Positions 18,094 through 27,747 of a stretch of 53,222 nt of DNA are shown piece by piece. The translations under genes were made by a program, and so were the position numbers. The notes beneath the pieces were generated by a model that saw only the letters and a program-made list of their open reading frames with translations, had not been told where the DNA came from and did no database searches. The stretch spans positions 1 through 53,222 of the IMG/VR virus record IMGVR_UViG_3300014501_000024; one strand, given 5' to 3'. Each line of letters begins with the position of its first letter. Position 1 is the first letter of the stretch. This DNA comes from a virus. Its lineage: Duplodnaviria; Caudoviricetes.

Positions 18094-20349
18094 TTGCCGC
18101 AAGCGATCCCAGGTGCAAGCGTCAGTACGCCGCCCGCCACAAGTCCGTTTGGCGGGTCACGCCCGAACTCGGGCGCCGTCAGCTCGGGCCATGGCTTGCT
18201 ACGGGTGGTCTCCAACGCGCAGCTCAACGAACATCACCGCAACCTCAAGGCGCAACAGGCCGACGCGGCCGCCAAAACCTTACCGACCACGGATCTCGGA
18301 AGTTTTATCCGCAGGCGTTGGGAGGCTTTCCGCAATCATCGCAACCAGGGGACCGACCCTCTGAACGAGCGCCTGTTGCGGGCGCAGCGCATGTTTGAGG
18401 GGCGCTACGATGAGAATAAACTGGCGGAAATCGCCAAGTTCGGCGGCAGCAGGGTCTACGCGCGCACCGTTGCGGTGAAATGCCGCGGTGCCGCCAGTCT
18501 GCTGCGGGACGTCTATCTCGGCCCCGATCGCCCATGGGATATCCAGCCGCAGCCGGACCCCAAGGTGCCGCCCGAGATCCAGGCCCAGATCATGCAGCTG
18601 GTGAGCACCGAGGTCGGTACACAGAAAGCTTCTGGTGCGCCGATCCTGGAGGATCAGGTGCATATGCGCTATTTGGGCCTGATGCACGCGGCGCAGGCCG
18701 CCGCCCGGCAGAACGCGCTCAACCAGGCCAAGACCACCTCCGACAAGATCGAGGATATCCTGGTCGCGGGCGGGTTTTATGAGGCGCTGACCGAGTTCCT
18801 GACCGACCTGCCGCTGTTCCCATTCGCGTGCATCAAAGGCCCCGTCGTGCGGATGGTGCCCAATCTCACCTGGAAGAACGGCAAAGCCTCGCTGGTCAAC
18901 AAGGCGCAGATGTTTTGGGAGCGGATAAGCCCGTTCGACGTTTACTGGTCGCCTGGCGCCAGTCGCATTGCCGACGCCGAGGTCATCCAGCGCAAGCGGC
19001 TCACCCGCACCGATCTCAATGATTTGTTGGGTCTACCCGGCTACGATCAGGACGCGGTGCGTGCCTGCCTGGAGGATTACCGGCTCGGCCTGCGCGACTG
19101 GCTCGACGCGCCCGACACCGAGCAGGCGCTCAACGAGGGCCGGGAAAATCCTTGGACCAACCAGTCGCAGATGATCGACGGGCTGGAATACCACGGCAAC
19201 GTGCAGGGCCAGATGCTGCTGGATCAGGGGGTGAACCCCAAGCTGATCAAAGACCCCGATCGGGATTACGCGGTGCAGTCCTGGGTGGTCGGTCGCCACA
19301 CGCTGAAGACGATCCTCAATCCGAGCCCGCGTCAGCGGCATTCCTATTTCATGACATCGTTCGAGAAAGTGCCTGGCACTGTCTCGGGTCATGCGCTGCC
19401 TGAACTGCTTGAGGATGTGCAGGAGGTCACCAATGCTGCTTATCGAAGCCTGGTTAACAACCTGGCTATCAGTTCTGGACCCCAGGTGGTGGTCAACGAC
19501 GAGATGCTATCGCCCACCGAGTCGGGCGACGAGCTATACCCTTGGAAACGTTGGCACATCACCGGTGATCCGATGTCCAACCAACGTGAGCCCATTACGT
19601 TCTTTCAGCCGCAGAGCAACGCGCAGGAACTGCTGAGCGTCATCGCCGCGATGGATGGCCGCGCTGACGAGACCAGCGCCATCCCTAAATATCTCACCGG
19701 CAGCTCGCTCGCCGGCGGCGCTGGCCGCACCGCCTCGGGCCTCTCGATGCTCATGGGCAACGCCGAGAAGATCCTCCAGACGGTGGCGGCCAACGTCGAT
19801 ACCGACGCGATGCGGCCGTTGCTGACGGCGCTCTACGACATGATCATGCTTACTGACACCTCCGGCATGCTCACTGGCGAGGAAGAAATCCGCGTGCGGG
19901 GTGTCAATGTCGCCACGCAGAAAGAAACCGAGCGTCAGAAGCAACTACAGTTCCTCCAGATTACTGCGAACCCGATCGACGGCCCGATCATCGGCACGTT
20001 GGGCCGGGCGCGCGTGCTTCGCGCCATCGCGCAGGATCTTGGATTGCCCGACAACATCGTTCCTGATGATCAGACGCTACAGCAGCAACAGGACGAGCAG
20101 AAGCAGATGCAGGCTGCGCAGGTAGGCCAGCCGCCTCCGCCGGGCACACCGGGTGCGCCGCCGGGTGCGCCAGGCGCTCCACCACCGCCGGGGCCTGGAG
20201 GGTCAGGCACTCCCAGTCAAGCCGGACCAGGCACACCGCCCGGCAACGCGGCGCAGGGCAATCAGCCGCCGCATCCGGGGCCGGCACAGCCGGGTCCACC
20301 GCCGGTGAATGCGTTCCAGCAGGGCATTCCAGGGAGGATGGCAGCATGA
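18094..20349 (+). CDS. portal protein
   Basis: 751 aa; GPVV..., GRTASGLSMLM motif; Pro/Gln-rich C-terminus; first gene of the head operon. Confidence 0.85.
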   Translation: MPQAIPGASVSTPPATSPFGGSRPNSGAVSSGHGLLRVVSNAQLNEHHRNLKAQQADAAAKTLPTTDLGSFIRRRWEAFRNHRNQGTDPLNERLLRAQRMFEGRYDENKLAEIAKFGGSRVYARTVAVKCRGAASLLRDVYLGPDRPWDIQPQPDPKVPPEIQAQIMQLVSTEVGTQKASGAPILEDQVHMRYLGLMHAAQAAARQNALNQAKTTSDKIEDILVAGGFYEALTEFLTDLPLFPFACIKGPVVRMVPNLTWKNGKASLVNKAQMFWERISPFDVYWSPGASRIADAEVIQRKRLTRTDLNDLLGLPGYDQDAVRACLEDYRLGLRDWLDAPDTEQALNEGRENPWTNQSQMIDGLEYHGNVQGQMLLDQGVNPKLIKDPDRDYAVQSWVVGRHTLKTILNPSPRQRHSYFMTSFEKVPGTVSGHALPELLEDVQEVTNAAYRSLVNNLAISSGPQVVVNDEMLSPTESGDELYPWKRWHITGDPMSNQREPITFFQPQSNAQELLSVIAAMDGRADETSAIPKYLTGSSLAGGAGRTASGLSMLMGNAEKILQTVAANVDTDAMRPLLTALYDMIMLTDTSGMLTGEEEIRVRGVNVATQKETERQKQLQFLQITANPIDGPIIGTLGRARVLRAIAQDLGLPDNIVPDDQTLQQQQDEQKQMQAAQVGQPPPPGTPGAPPGAPGAPPPPGPGGSGTPSQAGPGTPPGNAAQGNQPPHPGPAQPGPPPVNAFQQGIPGRMAA

Positions 20350-20540
20350 GCACCAACGGTTGGCTCGGCACCACGACAGACGATGGCACGCCGGTGGTGG
20401 TCCCCATTGATGATTTGAGACCACATGAGATTGCTTCTTCTTGGTGCTGGTGCCGCCCGTTCGAGGATGAGGGTGTGATCGTCCACAACAGCATGGACCA
20501 GCGTGAGCTGTTCGAGCGTGGCGAAAGGAAAGCGTCATGA
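20346..20540 (+). CDS. small His/Cys phage protein
   Basis: PIDDLRPH...CWCRP...HNSMDQRE. Confidence 0.65.
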   Translation: MSTNGWLGTTTDDGTPVVVPIDDLRPHEIASSWCWCRPFEDEGVIVHNSMDQRELFERGERKAS

Positions 20541-20632
20541 TCGTGCGTTCGCCCGGCGACAAGCCGTGGACCGGCGACAAGACGGATGGCGCCAGCGGGC
20601 GCCAGGATCAAAATTACGGAAAGGGCAAAAAC

Positions 20633-20821
20633 ATGGCTGACGGCTCGAACAAGGAACTCGCTACGAAGTCGCTGCCCATGATCAAGGGTGGCGGCTCAGG
20701 CACCACTAAGAGCCCAACGGGCAGCTCGCAGAGCTACCCCAAGGGCTCCAAGGTGAACATGAGTGCCGACTGGAACCCGCAGAAGGGCAAGGGAAGCACG
20801 TACGGGATCGGCGGGGTCTAG
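20633..20821 (+). CDS. small Gly/Lys-rich protein
   Basis: ATG at 20633 with RBS (alternative start 20537). Confidence 0.55.
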   Translation: MADGSNKELATKSLPMIKGGGSGTTKSPTGSSQSYPKGSKVNMSADWNPQKGKGSTYGIGGV

Positions 20822-20822
20822 G

Positions 20823-21020
20823 GTGGGAAAGCCTTACCTCGATACGCTGGCGCGGATGGAACCCGACATTGCGATGGTCGATGCCGGGGGTGCCTATGCC
20901 AGCGTGGCGATCAGCCTCAAGCGCATCGCCGACGCTTTGGAGATCCTGACCCACGCCGACAAACTGATGCCGTTGATCAAACAGGTGGGCGAGATCGTCG
21001 AGAAGGAAAAATACCCATGA
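20823..21020 (+). CDS. small hypothetical protein
   Basis: GTG start; SVAISLKRIADAL motif. Confidence 0.55.
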   Translation: MGKPYLDTLARMEPDIAMVDAGGAYASVAISLKRIADALEILTHADKLMPLIKQVGEIVEKEKYP

Positions 21021-21385
21021 TCAAGACGGGCAAGGGTCCGGCGGGCCACGCCGGCGGCCTGTTCGCCTCCGGGGATGGCAAGGGGGCTACGGCGCAGAAC
21101 GGCGTTCTCGGCCAAAAGCTTCCACTCACCGCGGGTGATCCGATGAGCCGGGCGATGAACCAGCTCGGCAAGGGACACTCATACCTCCAGCCGGACGTGG
21201 GCGGCGGCCCTGCGTCGGGCAACCAGTCGGGTGGCGATCCGACGATGTCACCGACCAGCCCCACGGCGATGCACGCCGGGATCAGCGAGATCCGTGGCTC
21301 GGGCGATGCGATCAAGAAAAACCCACGCTCGGGTGGTCTGGCCAACGACAAAGAGTCGATGCCAACGACCGGTTTGAGCGACTGA
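21017..21385 (+). CDS. Gly-rich hypothetical protein
   Basis: ATGA overlap with the upstream gene. Confidence 0.6.
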   Translation: MIKTGKGPAGHAGGLFASGDGKGATAQNGVLGQKLPLTAGDPMSRAMNQLGKGHSYLQPDVGGGPASGNQSGGDPTMSPTSPTAMHAGISEIRGSGDAIKKNPRSGGLANDKESMPTTGLSD

Positions 21386-21463
21386 ACTCTTACGACGGTA
21401 GTAAGTAACGAGCCAGGAGGCGCCTGCGAGCAGCGGGCAAACGACGCAGCGAATGGAATTAAG

Positions 21464-21730
21464 ATGAGCATTAACCTTGGTTCGCCCGCCATCGACGCGA
21501 TCGGTCAGATCCGCAATTCGGAGTCGTGGCCGATCATCATGACCGCGATGGAGGAGTGCGCCAGAAACAAGCTCCATGCTGCGCTGGAAAGCTCGGTGTC
21601 TGACCGGGTGGATGCGACCGCTTACGCCCGTGCCGTCCATGATGTGTTCGTGGCGCTGGCGGCTGCTAGCCAGCGGGTCAATCCCCGCGCGATCGGCAAG
21701 CTCACCGCCAAGCAGCTGGCTGACGCATGA
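21464..21730 (+). CDS. hypothetical protein preceding the scaffold
   Basis: ORF track; position typical of head operons. Confidence 0.65.
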   Translation: MSINLGSPAIDAIGQIRNSESWPIIMTAMEECARNKLHAALESSVSDRVDATAYARAVHDVFVALAAASQRVNPRAIGKLTAKQLADA

Positions 21731-22764
21731 GCCAGAGCAATCAGATCGACTTCGGGCCGTTCCTTCCCGACGCGGTGCGTCGTGCCGGCAAACTGGCCGA
21801 CGATCTGATGCGTGAGCAGCAAGAGCCACCGGTAGAACCGGGTTTACAACCGGGTGCTACCCCGGCCCCCGCTCCCGCCAACCAGGACCAGCCGCCCCAG
21901 GATCAAAGCCAGGAACAACCGCAGCTTCAGCTTGAGGCTCCGCAGGTTCAAGAGGCTCCGCAGGAAGACTGGAAGCAGCGCTACCTCTCGCTCCAGGGCA
22001 AATACAACACCGAGGTGCCGAACCTAACCGGCCAGCTGCGGGTCTTGGAGGGTCAGGTTGGGCAGCTGCAAAACCTGCTATCGCAGGTGCGTCAGCAGCC
22101 GCTACCCCAACAGCAGTCTTCACCGCGCACGGCTCCGCGTGAGGTGCCGAAGGAAGACGTCGATGCCTACGGCGAGGATCTGGTGGTTGCCGCCCGGCGT
22201 TGGGCGCGGGCCGAGATCGAGCCTGAGATCGCCCAGTTGCGCGGCGAGATCACCAATCTGAGTTCGCGCTCCCAGCAGACCGCCACCACGTTGGCGCAGC
22301 GCACGGTCGAGCAGGTGCTCGACGCCGAGGTGCCGAACTGGAATATAGTGAACAACGAGCCGGCGTTCGTGGCCTGGCTCGCGCAGCCAGACCCATTCTC
22401 TGGGCGTGTCCGTCATGACATGCTCACCGAAGCCTACTCCGGTGGCGATGGTCGCCGGACGGCCGCTTTCTTTCGCGCCTATCAGAACGAGCAGACCGTT
22501 GTAAACCAGCCCCCCAGGAACCCGCTCCATACCGAGTCTTCGGACCCGACGGATCGCATTTCCTTGGTGGATCTGGCCGCTCCCGGCCGTGGCAATATGC
22601 CATCCGGTAGTAATGGCGCTCCTGAGAAACGCATCTGGTCCACGGACCAAATCGCCGCGTTCTACAGGGACAAGCAACGAGGAAAGTTCGCCGGGCGCGA
22701 GGTGGAAGCCGCACGCCTGGAAGCTGACTTTTTCGCAGCTCAGACCGAAGGGCGCATACGCTGA
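21727..22764 (+). CDS. capsid scaffolding protein
   Basis: WKQRYLSLQGKYNTEVP coiled coil; C-terminal AQTEGRIR; immediately upstream of the capsid gene. Confidence 0.75.
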   Translation: MSQSNQIDFGPFLPDAVRRAGKLADDLMREQQEPPVEPGLQPGATPAPAPANQDQPPQDQSQEQPQLQLEAPQVQEAPQEDWKQRYLSLQGKYNTEVPNLTGQLRVLEGQVGQLQNLLSQVRQQPLPQQQSSPRTAPREVPKEDVDAYGEDLVVAARRWARAEIEPEIAQLRGEITNLSSRSQQTATTLAQRTVEQVLDAEVPNWNIVNNEPAFVAWLAQPDPFSGRVRHDMLTEAYSGGDGRRTAAFFRAYQNEQTVVNQPPRNPLHTESSDPTDRISLVDLAAPGRGNMPSGSNGAPEKRIWSTDQIAAFYRDKQRGKFAGREVEAARLEADFFAAQTEGRIR

Positions 22765-22817
22765 ATTGACGTAGGCTCTGTCGCTGCTTCGCAGCGCGGG
22801 CTCTAGGAACAACCTCC

Positions 22818-23765
22818 ATGCCCATTACAGTCGCTACGACCCCGTATGGTGGCGCTGGTACCAGTGCCACTCCGCCTTATAGTGGGATATTTATCCCGCA
22901 GATCTGGTCCGGCAAACTGATCGAGAAGTTCTACAACGCCACGGTCCTCGCCGCGATCGCCAACACCGACTATGAAGGTGAGATCAAGAACTTCGGCGAC
23001 ACGGTCAATATCCGCACCAAGCCCACCATCACCATTCTGCCCTATCAGGTGGATATGCCCTTGGTGGTCAACCGGCCCAGCTCGAACCTGGTGCAGCTCA
23101 CCATCAATAACGCCAACTACTTCAACGAAGTGTTGGACGACATCATGGAGATGCAGTCTGACATCAACATGTTGAGCATGTGGGCTGACGACGCCACCGA
23201 GCAGATGAAGATCACCATCGACACGGCTGTGTTGGCGACGCTGGATCCTGGCGTGGTGGCACAGAATAAGGGTCTCACCGCCGGCAGGATTTCGGGTGAC
23301 ATCAATCTCGGCACCACGGGTTCGCCGGTGGCGCTTACCTCGACGGGCGTGTTGGACACCATTGTCGACCTCGGCACGGTGCTGGACGAGCAGAATATCC
23401 CCGAGACTGGGCGTTGGCTGGTTATCCCGCCCTGGTGCGCCGGCTTGATCAAGAAGTCAGACCTGACCAATGCGAGCATCTCAGGCGACGGTGTGAGCAT
23501 GTTGCGTAATGGCCGGATCGGCATGATTGATCGGTTTACCTTGTACAGCTCGAACCTTCTGCCCACCGCCGTCGAGGGCACGCAGAACGCCTTTCGGATG
23601 TTTGCCGGCCACCCGCACGGCCTGACTTTCGCCAGTCAGATCACCAAGCTCGAAACCATCCGCTCCGAGCAGACTTTCGGCACTTTGCTCCGTGGTCTTC
23701 AGGTCTACGGCAACAAGGTGCTCGACGGCATCGCGATCGCCGAGCTTTACGCCGTCAAGGGCTAA
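22818..23765 (+). CDS. major capsid protein
   Basis: FIPQIWSGKL...NTDYEGEI..GDTVNI...RGLQVYG, typical podoviral coat protein. Confidence 0.88.
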   Translation: MPITVATTPYGGAGTSATPPYSGIFIPQIWSGKLIEKFYNATVLAAIANTDYEGEIKNFGDTVNIRTKPTITILPYQVDMPLVVNRPSSNLVQLTINNANYFNEVLDDIMEMQSDINMLSMWADDATEQMKITIDTAVLATLDPGVVAQNKGLTAGRISGDINLGTTGSPVALTSTGVLDTIVDLGTVLDEQNIPETGRWLVIPPWCAGLIKKSDLTNASISGDGVSMLRNGRIGMIDRFTLYSSNLLPTAVEGTQNAFRMFAGHPHGLTFASQITKLETIRSEQTFGTLLRGLQVYGNKVLDGIAIAELYAVKG

Positions 23766-23788
23766 CGTTTACTACCGTCGTAAAGGCA

Positions 23789-24574
23789 ATGTCCGCCACT
23801 TTGAACCTCACTGGGCTTCCCACCACACGTACCATCGGTGGGGTTGTCGCCGAGGCGCGTGTGCTGCTCAGTGATATCGAACCGGATACCAGTGCAACTC
23901 CAGGGTCAAGCTGGTCCGGCACGATGGTGGCACCTGGGCATACGCTGGGCGCGCTTGTGCTGGAGGTGCGCGGTCTCATCGCCGATGTGATCGACGTCGT
24001 GGATGGCTCGCTCAGGTATGCCGACGCGGATCTGTATTTGTATGTGTCGGACGCGCTGAGCGTGATCCGTCGCACACGGCCGGATCTGTTTTTCAACCTG
24101 CCCTCAGGTGGCGTGCCGGTCTACACCGCGGCCAACGCCGCTACGCCGTTTCCGATCACGGACGGGTTCTGGCCCGCCGTGGTGAGTTTCGTGGCTGCGA
24201 CCGCCGAGATGCGCGATGACACCTGGGCGCAGGCGGGCAAGGGTCCCACGCTGCTTAAGGAGTTCGCGGCGGGATTACCGACGCCGCCGTGGCGCTACTC
24301 GGATGCGATGCTCTACGCCTATGCCAGCGATGCGCTGGTGCATGCCCGTCGGCTCAGACCGGACATGTTTCTCGGCTACGGGTTGCGCGGCATGGTCCTG
24401 CCCGCCTACCAGCCCGTCACCGACGCGCTGACATTGTTTCCGCTCGATGACCGCTACTACCCATCGTTCGTCCTCTACGTCGTGGGCATGGCCCTCGCGC
24501 GCAACTCAGAACTCAAACCCGAGGTCGGCGCGTCACTCTATCTGACGATGTTCGACCAGCAGCTCAGCACATGA
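23789..24574 (+). CDS. head-tail adaptor-like protein with nested domain duplication
   Basis: two copies each of (A)RxLLxD and RYxDAxL...DAL...RRxRPDxF. Confidence 0.65.
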   Translation: MSATLNLTGLPTTRTIGGVVAEARVLLSDIEPDTSATPGSSWSGTMVAPGHTLGALVLEVRGLIADVIDVVDGSLRYADADLYLYVSDALSVIRRTRPDLFFNLPSGGVPVYTAANAATPFPITDGFWPAVVSFVAATAEMRDDTWAQAGKGPTLLKEFAAGLPTPPWRYSDAMLYAYASDALVHARRLRPDMFLGYGLRGMVLPAYQPVTDALTLFPLDDRYYPSFVLYVVGMALARNSELKPEVGASLYLTMFDQQLST

Positions 24575-25413
24575 GCGACGCCGCAACCACGCTACAGGCT
24601 GGCGGGCTTGATCGGATCTACGACGGGATCGAAAGCGTCCTGCCCGGCGTCATGCACACGGTCGTGCAGATGGCGCTGTTTGATACGATCGAAGAATTTT
24701 GCATGCGCTCGACCTATTGGCGCGGCCTGTTTGCGTGGTCCATGGAGCCGGGCCAGACCACGCTCGATCTCAACCCGCCCGGCGCCAGCCCGCTGGTGCG
24801 CTGGGTGCTGGAGGTGCGCGGCCTGCGCTGTCACCGGATCGCGCCCACGGCGGTGCTGATCGACACCAGCGGCACGCTTGACACCAGTGTTGCGCGTTCG
24901 GGTACGGTCTGGGCGGCTTGCACGCCCACTCAGTTGGAAAACCTGCCGGATTGGATCAACGACTGGACCGAGGGTTTGCGCGCCGGTGCGTTGTTCCGGC
25001 TCTACTCACACCCGAAGAAACCCTACTCGGATGCGCGGCAAGCGCCCTCCTACGGCAAGCTGTTTCGTTCGCAGATCCAACTCGCCAAGGTCGAGGCGCA
25101 AAAGCTCTGCTCCCGCGACGCCTGGCACTTCCCGTATTTCGCGCGGGGCCGCGAGGGGTTCTGGGGCGGCTGGGGTCGAGGCTGGGGCGATGTGTGCTGC
25201 GGGCCTGATGGCCAGGTGCTGGACACACGCAGCGGGCTCAGCGGGGCTGCCTACACGCTCAGTGCCATCACGCTGACGTTCCCAACCGTGCCCGAGGCAA
25301 CCGCCAGTGCCGACGAGACGATCACCATCACCAACACCGGCACGGTGCCCCTGGTCATTACGGGCACGATGGTGACGGGCGATTTCGCCCTGACCGGTCT
25401 GACGCTTCCCTAA
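24571..25413 (+). CDS. tail tubular/adaptor protein with a C-terminal half Ig-like (ASH) domain
   Basis: IEEFCxRS..WR and GALxRL..P.KPYSD motifs; ends TITITNTGTVPLVI...GDFALTGLTLP. Confidence 0.7.
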   Translation: MSDAATTLQAGGLDRIYDGIESVLPGVMHTVVQMALFDTIEEFCMRSTYWRGLFAWSMEPGQTTLDLNPPGASPLVRWVLEVRGLRCHRIAPTAVLIDTSGTLDTSVARSGTVWAACTPTQLENLPDWINDWTEGLRAGALFRLYSHPKKPYSDARQAPSYGKLFRSQIQLAKVEAQKLCSRDAWHFPYFARGREGFWGGWGRGWGDVCCGPDGQVLDTRSGLSGAAYTLSAITLTFPTVPEATASADETITITNTGTVPLVITGTMVTGDFALTGLTLP

Positions 25414-25431
25414 ACCCGAAAGGTTCCGCTC

Positions 25432-25866
25432 ATGGCAAACGTCGTCTATCCGACCTATAAAACGGTCGCTATCAGTCCCGGCCTGGATCTCGTCACCGCC
25501 TCGACTCTCAAGGTGTGTCTGGTCAGCACAACCACGGGGGTGACCAACTATGTCTACCTGGCCACGCATCAGTTTTTCAGCTCGGTGCCGGCGGCGAGTA
25601 TTCTGGCTCCCGGCGTTGCGCTGACGGGCAAAGCGGCGGCCAACGGCGCACTGACCGCATCCTCGGTCGTGTTGCCATCGGTGCCCGCACCCACCGGTGC
25701 GAACGCGGCGGCTACCGGTCAGGCACTGGTGTTTTATAACGACACCGGCACCGCCGCCACGTCGCAGCTGGTCGCCTACATGGATACTGAGACCGGGCTA
25801 CCCGTCACACCGAACGGGGCGAACATCACCATAAACTTCTCGGGTGCTGTGCTGACGTTGAGCTAA
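25432..25866 (+). CDS. virion structural (tail-associated) protein
   Basis: MANVVY...DTG..ATS.LVAY.D..TGLPVTPNG.NITI pattern. Confidence 0.65.
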   Translation: MANVVYPTYKTVAISPGLDLVTASTLKVCLVSTTTGVTNYVYLATHQFFSSVPAASILAPGVALTGKAAANGALTASSVVLPSVPAPTGANAAATGQALVFYNDTGTAATSQLVAYMDTETGLPVTPNGANITINFSGAVLTLS

Positions 25867-25882
25867 CGCTCGGGAGCCGTTC

Positions 25883-26833
25883 ATGGTCCAACAATTCGCC
25901 GACCGCGCGAAGATGACGACGCCGACGACCGGCACCGGAACAATCACGCTCGGCTCGGCGGTCACTGGGTTTCAAACTTTCGCTGCGGCTGGGATTACCA
26001 CCGGCAGCACCGTCCGCTACGTCATAGAGGATTTGCCGAACTGGGAAATCGGCCTCGGCACATACACCGCGTCTGGGACTACGCTTTCGCGTGGGCCGTT
26101 GGAGAGCAACAACGCCGGCGCTGCGATCAGCCTGTCGGGATCGGCCATTGTCTATGTCACGGCGGCGGCGGCGGATATCAATTTGGGTTCGCCGCCGCCG
26201 GTTGGTGTCAACGTGGCCGCCGCCGGCTATTTCACCACGCTGTTCGGCTATGCCAGTCTGACCGTCGGGACTCCGATCGCGGCGGGTGCCACGGCGACGC
26301 TTAATTCAGCGGCGGCTCAGTACCGGCTGATATCATATCAAACCGCCAGCTCGACGCGCTGGCAGATGGGCGTTTCCAACACCGCTGAGAGCGGCGCCAA
26401 CGTTGGGTCGGATTTCTCGATCTCGGCGTTCTCGGATGCTGGCGCCTATCTGTACGCGCCCATTAGCATCGTGCGATCGACTGGCGCGGTGACCTTCGGT
26501 GGGTCTTCGACGGCGGCTGCGGGTGCGTTCGAGACTGCGATCGTCGTGCCGGCGATGGTGATTGATCTGAACACCGGCTCGCTTTTTAGTAAGACGATTG
26601 CCGCTGCCACTACCTTCACCATCGCCAATACCCCGCCCTCGGGTGTGGCTGCTTCGTTCCTGCTGCAACTCACCAACGGCGGCGCTTTCACCACCACCTG
26701 GTGGAGCGGCATCAAATGGCCTGGCGGCACTCCGCCAACGCTCTCTACGTCCGGGGTCGATGTGCTCGGGTTCTACACGGCGAACGCTGGCACGACTTGG
26801 TATGGGTTCCTCATGGGGAAGGGGATGGCCTGA
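25883..26833 (+). CDS. tail fibre-like protein
   Basis: DRAK.TT.TTGTGTITLG.AV.GFQTF N-terminus; ESGANVGSDF segment; IKWPGGTPPTL C-terminal domain. Confidence 0.7.
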   Translation: MVQQFADRAKMTTPTTGTGTITLGSAVTGFQTFAAAGITTGSTVRYVIEDLPNWEIGLGTYTASGTTLSRGPLESNNAGAAISLSGSAIVYVTAAAADINLGSPPPVGVNVAAAGYFTTLFGYASLTVGTPIAAGATATLNSAAAQYRLISYQTASSTRWQMGVSNTAESGANVGSDFSISAFSDAGAYLYAPISIVRSTGAVTFGGSSTAAAGAFETAIVVPAMVIDLNTGSLFSKTIAAATTFTIANTPPSGVAASFLLQLTNGGAFTTTWWSGIKWPGGTPPTLSTSGVDVLGFYTANAGTTWYGFLMGKGMA

Positions 26834-27747
26834 TGACTGTGCGCGCGCTGGTTATGGCGGCGGCGGGTGTGAGCACAGCGGTGGTAATGCCTACCACCTG
26901 GACTGCGCGCACGCTGCCGGCCAGCCAAAACTGGTATGGTGTCGCCGGGAGCGGCAGCAACTTTGTCGCGGTGGCTGTGGGCAGCGCTACCGCGGCCTAT
27001 TCGAGTGACGGCGGCCACACCTGGGCCGCGTCGACGCTGCCGAGCAATCAAAGTTGGTTTGGTGCCGCCGGGAGCGGCAGCAACTTTGTCGCGGTGGTTG
27101 GGGGTGGCACCGCCGCGGCCTATTCGAGTGACGGCGGCCACACCTGGGCCGCGTCGACGCTGCCGAGCAGCCAGAGTTGGTATACGGCCGCCGGGAGCGG
27201 CAGCAATTTCGTCACGGTCGGTAACTCCAGTGCCGCCGCCGCCTACAGCACCAATGGCGGCCAGACGTGGAGCGCGTCGACGCTGCCGGCCAATGCGAGT
27301 TGGTATAGCGTCGCCGGATCCGGCAGCAATTTCGTCGCAGTGGCAGGAAGCACCAACGTCGCCGCCTACAGCACCAATGGCGGCCAGACGTGGAGCGCGT
27401 CGACGCTGCCGAGCAGCCAGACTTGGTATGGTGTCGCCGGGAGCGGCAGCAACTTTGTCGCGGTGGCTGAAGGTGGCACCGCCGCGGCCTATTCGAGTGA
27501 CGGCGGCCACACCTGGGCCGCGTCGACGCTGCCGAGCAGCGGGAACTGGAACGGCGTCGCCGGGAGCGGCAGCAATTTCGTGGCTGTATGTGGCGCCACC
27601 ACCGTCGCCGCCTACAGCACCAATGGCGGCCAGACGTGGAGCGCGTCGACGCTGCCGAGCAGCCAGACTTGGTACACGGCCGCCGGGAGCGGCAGCAATT
27701 TCGTCACGGTCGGTTACAACAGCGCCGTCGCGGCAACGTCGCCCTGA
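26833..27747 (+). CDS. 7-repeat Asp-box/BNR beta-propeller protein (putative receptor-binding)
   Basis: seven 41-aa repeats linked by S(S/T)(D/N)GGxTW Asp-boxes. Confidence 0.75.
   Translation: MTVRALVMAAAGVSTAVVMPTTWTARTLPASQNWYGVAGSGSNFVAVAVGSATAAYSSDGGHTWAASTLPSNQSWFGAAGSGSNFVAVVGGGTAAAYSSDGGHTWAASTLPSSQSWYTAAGSGSNFVTVGNSSAAAAYSTNGGQTWSASTLPANASWYSVAGSGSNFVAVAGSTNVAAYSTNGGQTWSASTLPSSQTWYGVAGSGSNFVAVAEGGTAAAYSSDGGHTWAASTLPSSGNWNGVAGSGSNFVAVCGATTVAAYSTNGGQTWSASTLPSSQTWYTAAGSGSNFVTVGYNSAVAATSP
26896..27744 (+). repeat. 123-bp coding tandem repeat, ~7 copies
   Basis: TCGAGTGACGGCGGCCACACC at 27001 and 27124; near-identical units. Confidence 0.9.

Noticed and set aside
25408-25434. CCC-TAA at the end of the adaptor gene as an SPP1/A118-type +1 frameshift adding an Ig domain
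   Set aside because: The +1 frame gives a short non-Ig peptide (PKPERFRSW...) and the next gene is in frame 0
26896-27744. 123-bp repeats as a CRISPR array or DGR template
   Set aside because: They are in-frame coding repeats with no spacers, and there is no reverse transcriptase in the window
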